This document shows, piece by piece, positions 28,925 to 37,427 of a stretch of 64,000 nucleotides of DNA; the stretch's first letter is position 1; the number at the start of each line of letters is the position of its first letter. The stretch is taken from NCBI GenBank assembly GCA_027490265.1, contig JAIXYL010000169.1, positions 6,316 through 70,315 of the forward strand, in the 5' to 3' direction. The translations under genes were made by a program, and so were the position numbers. Under the pieces are notes generated by a model. It made no database searches and had not been told where the DNA came from. It saw nothing but the letters and a program-made list of their open reading frames with translations. The DNA comes from Sediminibacterium sp. (GTDB lineage Bacteria > Bacteroidota > Bacteroidia > Chitinophagales > Chitinophagaceae).

Positions 28925-29741
28925 ACCACAGTGTTACTTTAAACACAATGAATCGATAGACAAATATAAAGAACAAGGTATGCAGGAAAGTAAATACTAG
29001 GCTTTTGAGTATTGTTTTAAATGTAGATTCTTTGAACATCTTTTTAAATGCAATACTATTGTACGTGAAAAAAGTGACAAAGCTGATTAAAGCGAAAATT
29101 TCATCAGACAAAACATCCCCATTCAACCGAAAGATTACTCTAACCAATATCATTAAAATTGGGAAAAGTATAAAAAATAATAGGATAAATATGGTGTTGA
29201 TTTCTGTTGATAAAATCACATGGTCAAATAACCATTTGCGTTGTTGAAAAAACAATACGCTTAAAAAAATGGTAGAAGCTAAAATAAAAATAAAGAGCAA
29301 GGCTTTTGATAAACGTTGTGACTTTCGCGCATATTCAATTTCCAAGTCTTTCTCTGTCATGGATGTTGTTGATAATTTTGATTGTATTGCAGATACGGCC
29401 ATAGGACCATACACATTATTCCCTTTATAATGTCTGAACTCTTGGTTCAAACCAGAGTACATAGGATTTAGCAAATAAATAATCACAACCATCAAAAAAA
29501 GCGAAATGGGTTTGTAATATTTCTTGCGAATACCAGCACAATAATCCAATGATAATTTACCTGGATGCAGTAAAATGGTTTTAACGCTGGTTAAAAAACT
29601 GCCTTCAAAATGGGTTAGAAAATGAAAAATTTCCTCAATCAAATGCATGACCGATTTGTCAGTTTCATGGTACACTTTTTGGCCACATTGGTTACAAAAT
29701 TTACCAGTAAATAGATTTTGACAGTTTTTGCATTGGTTCAT
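28917..29741 (-). CDS. DUF3667 domain-containing membrane protein (N-terminal zinc ribbon)
   Basis: MNQCKNCQNLFTGKFCNQCGQK followed by multiple TM helices. The start is placed at ATG 29741. Confidence 0.7.
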   Translation of the reverse strand: MNQCKNCQNLFTGKFCNQCGQKVYHETDKSVMHLIEEIFHFLTHFEGSFLTSVKTILLHPGKLSLDYCAGIRKKYYKPISLFLMVVIIYLLNPMYSGLNQEFRHYKGNNVYGPMAVSAIQSKLSTTSMTEKDLEIEYARKSQRLSKALLFIFILASTIFLSVLFFQQRKWLFDHVILSTEINTIFILLFFILFPILMILVRVIFRLNGDVLSDEIFALISFVTFFTYNSIAFKKMFKESTFKTILKSLVFTFLHTLFFIFVYRFIVFKVTLWFI

Positions 29742-29815
29742 AATATTTAAATTAAACAATATATTGAAATTCTGACTTAAATTGTAGAACAAATTATCAC
29801 AGATTGGCAAATGAA

Positions 29816-30571
29816 ATGAGAATCGTGTCTTTGGTACCCAGTATTACTGAATTATTGTACCATTTAGAGCTGAATGATGCCGTTGTTGGCATTACCAAAT
29901 TTTGCGTACGACCACAAAATTGGTTTACATCAAAAACGCGAATTGGTGGCACAAAACAGATTCACATTGAACAAATCAGAGCCTTGGCTCCTACATTAGT
30001 CATTGCGAATAAAGAAGAAAATGTAAAAGAACAAGTAGAAGCATTAAGCACATTTACTAAAGTATTGGTAACCGATGTTTCAAATTTGGCTGAAGCATTG
30101 TTGATGATCCATCAAATCGGATTAGTGACCCATACTACTACCAAAGCAGCTGCATTAATTCAACAAATCAAAACTGAATTTATTCAATTCCAATCAACGA
30201 TTCATCAATTGAATCCCAAGCCCCTTTCTTGTGCATACCTTATTTGGCAAGAACCGTTTATGACTGTTGGTGGCGACACATTTATTCACGATATGTTGCA
30301 ACAAGCAGGGCTAAAAAATGTATTTGCCAATCAGCAAAGGTATCCGCAAATAACGGTTGCAGACATTCAAGCAATGGCCCCCCAATTAATGCTTTTATCC
30401 AGTGAACCATTCCCATTTAAACAAAAACATATAGCGCAACTTAAAGCCAATTTCCCCGATACCTGCATTTGTTTGGTTGATGGGGAGATGTTTAGCTGGT
30501 ATGGCAGCAGATTAATAGAAGCACCCTCCTACTTCACAACGCTTCATGAAATGATTGCAGCCCAACTTTAA
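29816..30571 (+). CDS. Periplasmic binding protein, cobalamin-binding/BtuF-like (helical-backbone metal receptor family)
   Basis: MRIVSLVPSITELL...GITKFC...IGGTK...VIANKEEN. The ATG at 29816 is preferred over the TTG at 29804. Confidence 0.7.
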   Translation: MRIVSLVPSITELLYHLELNDAVVGITKFCVRPQNWFTSKTRIGGTKQIHIEQIRALAPTLVIANKEENVKEQVEALSTFTKVLVTDVSNLAEALLMIHQIGLVTHTTTKAAALIQQIKTEFIQFQSTIHQLNPKPLSCAYLIWQEPFMTVGGDTFIHDMLQQAGLKNVFANQQRYPQITVADIQAMAPQLMLLSSEPFPFKQKHIAQLKANFPDTCICLVDGEMFSWYGSRLIEAPSYFTTLHEMIAAQL

Positions 30572-30613
30572 TTGTTGCATGGCTTTTTGTTCTGTTTTTT
30601 GTATCTTAGCCAT

Positions 30614-31681
30614 ATGAAAAAATACAGCTCAGGCGTTTTATTCGGAGACGAATTAGAAGCATTGTACAATGATGCAAAAGACAATCAATTTGCACTCCCT
30701 GCCGTCAATACCATCGGCACAAATACCATCAATGCCACTTTGGAAACCGCCGCTAAAGTGAATTCACCTGTGATTATTCAATTCTCGAACGGAGGTGCCC
30801 AGTTTGTCGCTGGTAAAGGCATGCCCAATGATGCATTGCAAGGCAATATTTCAGGAGGGGTTTCTGGAGCTTTGCATATACACAATGTGGCCAAGTATTA
30901 TGGGGTGCCAGTTGTATTGCACACAGATCATGCTGCCAAAAAATGGTTGCCTTGGGTAAGTGGATTAATTGATGCTGGTGAACAATATTTTAAAGAAAAA
31001 GGCAGACCATTGTTCAGCTCACATATGTTGGATTTATCAGAAGAGCCAATTGAAGAGAATATTGCCACTTCTGTTGAGTTTTATAAACGCATGGCCCCTT
31101 TAGGCATGAGTATTGAAATTGAATTAGGCGTTACAGGCGGTGAAGAAGATGGCGTTGACAACAGTGATGTTGAGAACGACAAACTGTATACACAACCACA
31201 ACATGTGGCATATTCTTATACAGAATTAAGCAAAGTAGGCAAAATGTTTACCGTTGCTGCTGCTTTTGGTAATGTGCATGGGGTTTATAAACCAGGTAAT
31301 GTTGAATTAAGACCAGAAATTTTAAAGAATAGCCAAGATTATATTCAAGCCGAATTGAAAACAGGGCCCAAGCCTGTTTACTTTGTATTCCATGGCGGAA
31401 GCGGTTCACCGCAACATCAAATTAGAGAAGCCATCGGGTATGGTGCCATCAAAATGAATATTGATACTGATTTACAGTGGGCATTCTGGGAAGGCATTAA
31501 AGATTTCTACCAGAAAAATGAAGCGTATTTACAGGGTCAATTGGGCAATCCAGAGGGCGCAGACAAACCCAATAAAAAGTTCTACGACCCAAGAGTTTGG
31601 CTTAGAAAAGCAGAGGAAAACTTTGCAAAAAGATTGGAAGTGGCTTTTGAAGACCTCAATTGCATTAATCGAAACGCTTAA
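30614..31681 (+). CDS. fbaA: Class II fructose-bisphosphate aldolase
   Basis: FALPAVN...VIIQFSNGGA...HTDHA...FVFHGGSG. ATG at 30614. Confidence 0.95.
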   Translation: MKKYSSGVLFGDELEALYNDAKDNQFALPAVNTIGTNTINATLETAAKVNSPVIIQFSNGGAQFVAGKGMPNDALQGNISGGVSGALHIHNVAKYYGVPVVLHTDHAAKKWLPWVSGLIDAGEQYFKEKGRPLFSSHMLDLSEEPIEENIATSVEFYKRMAPLGMSIEIELGVTGGEEDGVDNSDVENDKLYTQPQHVAYSYTELSKVGKMFTVAAAFGNVHGVYKPGNVELRPEILKNSQDYIQAELKTGPKPVYFVFHGGSGSPQHQIREAIGYGAIKMNIDTDLQWAFWEGIKDFYQKNEAYLQGQLGNPEGADKPNKKFYDPRVWLRKAEENFAKRLEVAFEDLNCINRNA

Positions 31682-31703
31682 TCCTTATAAAGCTGATTTT
31701 AAA

Positions 31704-31742
31704 AACTCCAAACGGTGTAAAAACCCTTTGGAGTTTTATATT
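31704..31742 (+). terminator. Rho-independent terminator after fbaA
   Basis: 9-bp stem aactccaaa / tttggagtt (31704-31712 / 31727-31735), followed by ttatattttg. Confidence 0.6.
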
Positions 31743-31798
31743 TTGAGGCTAAATATTTGAGAATTGATTATCTTTCCGCCCCAATTTGATTGCACGAT

Positions 31799-32725
31799 AT
31801 GAAAAAAGAGCGTGAAGAAGACATAGAAAAGAATTTAACAGGGAGTGAAGAAACTACTCAGCCTGCAGAGCCTGCAAAGTCAAGATGGTTTACTCGTAAG
31901 AGTAGAAATATATTAACCTCTACTGCAGATAAAAAAGAAACACCTGAGGGCCTTTGGAATAAATGCCCAGAATGCAACTACATCTGCACAACAAATGAAT
32001 TAAAAGAGAACCTATTTGTTTGTTTAAAATGCAATCATCACCATCGCATTGGCAGTGAAGAATACTTTGATATTATTTTTGATAATAAAGACTATACAGT
32101 GCTTTATGATGAAATCAAAAGTAAAGACTTCTTAGGGTTTACCGATTTAAAGCCTTACCAAAAAAGATTGGATGATATCCATGCTAAAACCGATTTAAAA
32201 GATTCCATGCGCGTTGCGGTTGGAAAAGCGAATGGTGAAGGATTGGTGATTGCTTGTATGGATTTTGAATTTATTGGCGGGTCATTAGGCAGTGTGATGG
32301 GCGAAAAATTCAGCAGAGCAGTGGATTATTGTATTGAGCACCAATTGCCCTATTTGGTCATCAGCAAGAGTGGTGGTGCAAGAATGATGGAAAGTGCTTT
32401 TAGCTTAATGCAATTGGCCAAAACAAGTGGGAAACTGTCGCAATTAAGTGACGCCAAACTACCTTATATCTCCATGTTAACCGACCCAACTTTTGGTGGC
32501 ATTTCTGCCAGTTTTGGAATGCTGGGCGACTTGAACATTGCGGAGCCAGGGGCTTTAATTGGATTTGCTGGACCTAGAGTCATTAAAGAAACCATCAAAA
32601 AAGACCTCCCCGAAGGATTTCAACGCAGTGAATTTTTATTAGAACATGGGTTCTTAGATTTTATTGTTGACCGGAAAAATCTAAAAGATAAACTGGCGCA
32701 AGTGGTGCAATTATTTAGAAGCTAA
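31799..32725 (+). CDS. accD: Acetyl-CoA carboxylase carboxyltransferase subunit beta
   Basis: Zinc ribbon CPECN...CLKCNHHHR followed by the carboxyltransferase domain MDFEFIGGSLGSVMGEK. Confidence 0.9.
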   Translation: MKKEREEDIEKNLTGSEETTQPAEPAKSRWFTRKSRNILTSTADKKETPEGLWNKCPECNYICTTNELKENLFVCLKCNHHHRIGSEEYFDIIFDNKDYTVLYDEIKSKDFLGFTDLKPYQKRLDDIHAKTDLKDSMRVAVGKANGEGLVIACMDFEFIGGSLGSVMGEKFSRAVDYCIEHQLPYLVISKSGGARMMESAFSLMQLAKTSGKLSQLSDAKLPYISMLTDPTFGGISASFGMLGDLNIAEPGALIGFAGPRVIKETIKKDLPEGFQRSEFLLEHGFLDFIVDRKNLKDKLAQVVQLFRS

Positions 32726-33156
32726 TGATGAACAACAGACAGGCCTATTTTAACTACCATATTGAAGATAAATATATGGCGGGCATTGTTTTGCTTGGCA
32801 CAGAAGTGAAATCAATCAGAGATGGCAAACTGAGTTTTAATGATGCGTTCTGTTTGTTCGACAACGGTGAATTATGGGTAAGAGGCTTGTACATCGCCGA
32901 ATATTCTCATGGCACAGTAAACAATCATATTGCAGTACACGATCGTAAGCTTTTGTTGAATAAACGAGAATTAAAGAAACTACAATTAAAACTAAAAGAT
33001 AAGGGCTATACCATTGTGCCATTAAAAGTTTTCTTTTCCGACAAGGGTTTTGTTAAAGTAGAAATTGGATTAGCGCGAGGCAAGAAACTCCATGACAAAC
33101 GCGAAACCATTAAGAATAGAGATTTAGATAAAGAAATGAAACGTTTCTTAGGCTAA
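32725..33156 (+). CDS. smpB: SsrA-binding protein
   Basis: GTEVKSIRDGK...HDRKLLLNKREL.... Confidence 0.95.
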   Translation: MMNNRQAYFNYHIEDKYMAGIVLLGTEVKSIRDGKLSFNDAFCLFDNGELWVRGLYIAEYSHGTVNNHIAVHDRKLLLNKRELKKLQLKLKDKGYTIVPLKVFFSDKGFVKVEIGLARGKKLHDKRETIKNRDLDKEMKRFLG

Positions 33157-33749
33157 TGCAACAAGATTTATCTGCCGAATATTGGAACCAACGCTACCTC
33201 AATCGGTCCACCCAATGGGATCTGGGCGAAGTCTCTCCCCCATTGAAAAACTACATTGATCAATTAGACAACAAAAATATTACTATACTTATACCTGGGG
33301 CAGGCAATAGTTATGAAGCCATTTATTTGCTGCAACAAGGGTTTACAAATATTACAGTGATAGATATCGCTCATTCAGTCATTGAGCAATTAACCCAACA
33401 ATACGCACATCAATCAGCCATCCAATTCATTCAAGCAGATTTTTTTACATGGCAAGGCCAGTACGATTTAATTTTAGAACAAACATTTTTTTGCGCCATT
33501 GACACGCATCTAAGGGAAAATTATGTTCTACAAATGGCCAATCTATTAACGCCCCATGGACTTTTGGTTGGATTGCTGTTTAATAGACCCTTTGAAAATG
33601 GGCCACCATTTGGAGGCAACCAAGCAACTTATGAGCACTTGTTTAGCAAGCATTTACAAATACATAAAATGGAAGCTTGTTACAATTCTATTGCACCTAG
33701 AGCCAATACAGAATTGTTTTTCATGGCAACTAAAGTATTGCTTAAATAG
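33156..33749 (+). CDS. SAM-dependent methyltransferase, thiopurine S-methyltransferase (TPMT)-like
   Basis: YWNQRY...WDLGEVSPPL...ILIPGAGNSYEA. The start overlaps the smpB stop (TAATG). Confidence 0.7.
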   Translation: MQQDLSAEYWNQRYLNRSTQWDLGEVSPPLKNYIDQLDNKNITILIPGAGNSYEAIYLLQQGFTNITVIDIAHSVIEQLTQQYAHQSAIQFIQADFFTWQGQYDLILEQTFFCAIDTHLRENYVLQMANLLTPHGLLVGLLFNRPFENGPPFGGNQATYEHLFSKHLQIHKMEACYNSIAPRANTELFFMATKVLLK

Positions 33750-34794
33750 CTGGCTCTTGTTGACTCAAACAATGAAAACTTCCAAGCCCCCAAATAATAT
33801 CTGTTGAATCAATGCCTACTACTTCCCTGTCTTTAAAACAAGACTGAATAATTTGTAATGCTTGATCATCTTTTTTAGATTGAAAAGTTGGCACGATAAC
33901 GTGTTGATTGCTGATGTAAAAATTAGCATAAGATGCAGGCAACCGTTGATCATCATAGATGACCGCGTCTGGCATTGGCAGCTCCACAATATTGAGTTGT
34001 TTACCAGATAACAAGCGCATGCTGTTTAATTCCTTTAAATTGGTTTGCAACAAAGCATAATTCTCATCTGATTTTTGATCTTCCACTACCGTTAATACTG
34101 TGTCTTCATTTACAAAACGAACCGTGTCATCAATATGCCCATCGGTGTCATCCCCAACAATGCCTTCTGAAACCCAAAGAATTTGTTTCACACCGTAATA
34201 ATTTTCAAGATAGCCTTCTATGTCTTCTAATGATAAATGCGGATTGCGATTGGGGTTTAACAGACAACAGGTTGACGTCAATAATGTACCAGCCCCATTA
34301 AACTCAACAGATCCACCTTCCATTACAATGCCAGGATGGTATACTGGTATATTAAAATGCTTACCAATTTTTGAAGGAATCACATCGTCTAAATGATAAG
34401 GTGGATATTTATCGCCCCATGCGTTATAATTCCAATCCACCACAACTTTGGGGTGTTCAGCTTCTGGGTTGATCAAGAACGCCGGCCCATGGTCTCTGCA
34501 CCAAGCATCGTTGGTAGGATGATGAAAGAATTGAACGCGGCTCATATTTACACCAGCTTTTTGCAAATGGTTGGTAGCAGCGGCTTCCATAACATCATCC
34601 ACTACATTGATACGCACCAGCTCACTCATCGCCAGATACTTCACAAATAAGCTGTAGTTTGGATAGATGCTGTCAATTTTTCCAGGCCAACTGGCTTCTT
34701 TATGTGGCCAACTTAACCAAGTGGCTTCGTGTTTGGCAAACTCAGCTGGAAAACGATATCCTAGTATTGCGGGTACTTGGTCTAAAGAAATCAT
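33742..34794 (-). CDS. aguA: Agmatine deiminase
   Basis: WLSWPH...WCRDHGP...GGSVEFNGAGTLLT...GSFHCLSQQEP (catalytic Cys). The ATG at 34794 avoids an overlap with aguB. Confidence 0.9.
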   Translation of the reverse strand: MISLDQVPAILGYRFPAEFAKHEATWLSWPHKEASWPGKIDSIYPNYSLFVKYLAMSELVRINVVDDVMEAAATNHLQKAGVNMSRVQFFHHPTNDAWCRDHGPAFLINPEAEHPKVVVDWNYNAWGDKYPPYHLDDVIPSKIGKHFNIPVYHPGIVMEGGSVEFNGAGTLLTSTCCLLNPNRNPHLSLEDIEGYLENYYGVKQILWVSEGIVGDDTDGHIDDTVRFVNEDTVLTVVEDQKSDENYALLQTNLKELNSMRLLSGKQLNIVELPMPDAVIYDDQRLPASYANFYISNQHVIVPTFQSKKDDQALQIIQSCFKDREVVGIDSTDIIWGLGSFHCLSQQEPAI

Positions 34795-34801
34795 AGCGCA
34801 A

Positions 34802-35677
34802 TTAATTGTCGTCAATAAATCTTTTGGTAATAGGCTGATAAGAATCAATTCTTCGGTCTCTTAAAAAAGGCCAGTGCGTTCTATATTGATCTGTTTTGGC
34901 CAAATTCAATTCAACAACCGTTGTTTCTTCAGCATCATGTGATGCTTTGTAAAGCAATGACCCAAATGGGTTGGATACAAATGACCCACCCCAAAATTTC
35001 ATCGCACCATTTTGTTCAAACCCTACTCTATTTACACTTACCACATGTATCCCATTTGCCACTGCATGACTTCTTTGAATGGTTTGCCAAGCATTGTATT
35101 GTTCTTCGTTGGTTGCTTCATCTTGTGACGTAGCCCAACCAATGGCTGTTGGATAAAACAAAATTTCCGCACCCATCAATGCTGTGATTCTAGCAGCTTC
35201 AGGATACCATTGATCCCAACAGATTAATACACCGAGGGTAGCAAATTTGGTTTTGAAAACCTTATAACCAAGGTCACCAGGGGTAAAATAAAATTTTTCA
35301 AAATAAGCAGGATCATCAGGAATATGCATTTTGCGATACTTACCCAAGTAAGTGCCGTCTGCATCAATAACTGCAGTCGTATTGTGATACAAACCCTGTG
35401 TTCTTTTTTCAAATAAGGACGCAATGATCACTACGTTTAATTCCGCAGCCAGACTACTGAGTTGATCAGTTGTTGCTCCAGGAATGGCTTCAGCTAACTT
35501 AAAATTGTCGTAGTCTTCAACATCACAGAAATAAAGCGACGTGAACAATTCCTGCAAGCAAACTATTTGAGCGCCTTTTGCCGCGGCGTCTTTAATCCCC
35601 TTAATGGCTTTGGCCAAATTCTCGGATTGTACATTGGTACAAGCCATTTGTACCATTCCTACTTTAACAGTTGACAT
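34802..35677 (-). CDS. aguB: N-carbamoylputrescine amidase (nitrilase superfamily)
   Basis: CLQELF...KMHIPDDP...ICWDQWYPE (the E-K-C triad context). Confidence 0.9.
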   Translation of the reverse strand: MSTVKVGMVQMACTNVQSENLAKAIKGIKDAAAKGAQIVCLQELFTSLYFCDVEDYDNFKLAEAIPGATTDQLSSLAAELNVVIIASLFEKRTQGLYHNTTAVIDADGTYLGKYRKMHIPDDPAYFEKFYFTPGDLGYKVFKTKFATLGVLICWDQWYPEAARITALMGAEILFYPTAIGWATSQDEATNEEQYNAWQTIQRSHAVANGIHVVSVNRVGFEQNGAMKFWGGSFVSNPFGSLLYKASHDAEETTVVELNLAKTDQYRTHWPFLRDRRIDSYQPITKRFIDDN

Positions 35678-35678
35678 A

Positions 35679-36410
35679 TTAGGTAGTTATCTGTATTAAA
35701 TGATCTAGATTTTGAATACCGATGGTTTTTTCAGTTTGATAGCCTTCCGCATATAAAACCCCAATTCTTTTTCCCATCATCATGTCTCTACCCTTCACTG
35801 TTTCTAGAAACTGCGGAGAAGAAATATACGTGTCAGGTTCATCCAATTCCGTATTGTGGAATTGCGTAGCATATGCCCGAATGGCCGCCATTTTGGTGTC
35901 GTAAAAAGGCGTAATGTCTACTACAAAATTGGGTTGTAATAACCGATCTTGGATATAATGAAATACATTGGTAGGTCTAAATGCCTCTTGTAATTGACCG
36001 TCCTGGTCTTTGGTTTCTATTTTTCTTAGGCCTGCTAAAAATGCTGCGTCAGCTACCAACTTTGCACTTCTGCCATGATCTGGGTGACGGTCTTCTAAGG
36101 CATTGGCTAAAATAACACTTGGTTTGAACTGGCGTATAACGCGAATGATTTTTCGAATATTTTCTTCGGAATGCACAAAAAAGCCATCTGCCATTTGCAG
36201 ATTTTCTCGATGATGCACCCCTAATATGGAAGCCGCCAACGCCGATTCTTTGTCTCTAATTTCTGCCGACCCTCTGGTACCCAATTCACCTCTTGTTAAA
36301 TCGATAATACCTACTTTTTTTCCTTGGTGAATAGACGCCAATAAAGTTCCTGCACAACTTAACTCTACATCATCCGGATGAACGCCAAAAGCAAGAATAT
36401 CTAGTTGCAT
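35679..36410 (-). CDS. bshB1: Bacillithiol biosynthesis deacetylase BshB1 (LmbE/PIG-L family)
   Basis: ILAFGVHPDDVELSCAGTL...HPDH. Only 1 nt separates it from aguB. Confidence 0.8.
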   Translation of the reverse strand: MQLDILAFGVHPDDVELSCAGTLLASIHQGKKVGIIDLTRGELGTRGSAEIRDKESALAASILGVHHRENLQMADGFFVHSEENIRKIIRVIRQFKPSVILANALEDRHPDHGRSAKLVADAAFLAGLRKIETKDQDGQLQEAFRPTNVFHYIQDRLLQPNFVVDITPFYDTKMAAIRAYATQFHNTELDEPDTYISSPQFLETVKGRDMMMGKRIGVLYAEGYQTEKTIGIQNLDHLIQITT

Positions 36411-36445
36411 ATAATTAAATTAGATTAAAGATAACCAATGATATG

Positions 36446-36481
36446 GCACAAAAAATCCTGCACCAAAAATGGAGCAGGATT
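36446..36481 (-). terminator. Rho-independent terminator after rpmE2
   Basis: 12-bp stem with one mismatch (aatcctgcacca / tggagcaggatt, 36454-36481), AAAA loop. On the minus strand it is followed by TTTTTTG. Confidence 0.7.
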
Positions 36482-36501
36482 GAATGATATGAGCAGAAAG
36501 A

Positions 36502-36753
36502 CTAGTCTTTCTTTGCGTAACGCTTTTTAAACTTGTCAATTCTACCTGCAGTATCCACTAACACATTTTTACCAGTGTAAAACGGGTGAGATGTATTAGA
36601 AATCTCCAATTTAATTACTGGATATTCGTTACCATCTTCGTATACAATGGTTTCTTTTGTAGCTGCTGTAGATTTACTCAAGAAAGAAGTACCGTTACTC
36701 ATGTCTTTGAAAACAACAAAACGGTAATTTTCTGGATGGATACCTTTTTTCAT
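36502..36753 (-). CDS. rpmE2: 50S ribosomal protein L31, type B (no CxxC zinc motif)
   Basis: [17 protein letters not shown]...HPFYTGK.... It lacks the Cys pairs of type A. Confidence 0.9.
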   Translation of the reverse strand: MKKGIHPENYRFVVFKDMSNGTSFLSKSTAATKETIVYEDGNEYPVIKLEISNTSHPFYTGKNVLVDTAGRIDKFKKRYAKKD

Positions 36754-36808
36754 GTTATTTGGTTTAGGTTGTACGGATTTGGCCGTACGATTATTTAAAT
36801 TTGGAGTG

Positions 36809-36816
36809 CAAAGCTA
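36809..36816 (-). promoter_or_regulatory. -7 box TAgcTTTG upstream of rpmE2
   Basis: The reverse complement of caaagcta matches TAnnTTTG, 56 nt upstream of the start. Confidence 0.4.
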
Positions 36817-36860
36817 TGGAAATCTACGGTTTTTTCCAAAAAAGATCAGAAATATTGACC

Positions 36861-37352
36861 TTAGGACTTCATATTTACAAACTGAAGCGGCACCCCAAAA
36901 TCGCCAGCCTTACATTTGGCAATCACTTCCTGTAAATCGTCTATTTTTTTGCCAGTTACCCGAATGATGTCGTCCATGATGGCGGCTTGCACTTTTGCCC
37001 CGCTGTCTTTGATCATTTTGACGATTTTCTTGGCATCTTCCTGTCTTAACCCATTTTTTACTGTGACGTCTTTTTTAATGGTTTTGCCACTTGGATACGC
37101 ATCTTTTGAAAAATCGAACGCATTCCCATCAATCCCTTGCTTCATGGATCGCCCAATTAAAATATCAATCAATTGTTTCATTTGCATTTCAGTATTCACT
37201 TCTAAAGAAATGCGGTAATCCTTCTTATTCAGGTCTACTTTAACATCCGTATCTCTAAAATCGTAGCGGGTAGCAACTTCTTTTTTTACAGTATTGATGG
37301 CATTGTCTAATACCTGAATATCTACAGCACTGGCAATATCAAAAGAGGGCAT
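36861..37352 (-). CDS. YajQ family (UPF0234) nucleotide / cyclic-di-GMP-binding protein
   Basis: MPSFDIASAVD...RYDFRDT.... ATG at 37352. Confidence 0.9.
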   Translation of the reverse strand: MPSFDIASAVDIQVLDNAINTVKKEVATRYDFRDTDVKVDLNKKDYRISLEVNTEMQMKQLIDILIGRSMKQGIDGNAFDFSKDAYPSGKTIKKDVTVKNGLRQEDAKKIVKMIKDSGAKVQAAIMDDIIRVTGKKIDDLQEVIAKCKAGDFGVPLQFVNMKS

Positions 37353-37427
37353 AATGTATTTTTTGTAAAGGTACAAAAAAAGGCCCTAGTAGAAACCAGG
37401 GCCGGATATACGACATGAGAGAAAAAC

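Noticed and set aside
29742-29815. Possible cobalamin riboswitch upstream of the BtuF-like binding-protein gene (and likewise upstream of the two TonB-dependent receptors)
   Set aside because: The leader is under 75 nt, whereas a B12 riboswitch needs about 200 nt. I saw no B12-box-like GCCACTG core in 29742-29815, 39885-40036 or 53484-53524.
31461-31760. 99-aa plus-strand ORF overlapping the 3' end of fbaA and its terminator
   Set aside because: It is an alternative frame of fbaA that runs through the terminator hairpin, so it is implausible as a gene.
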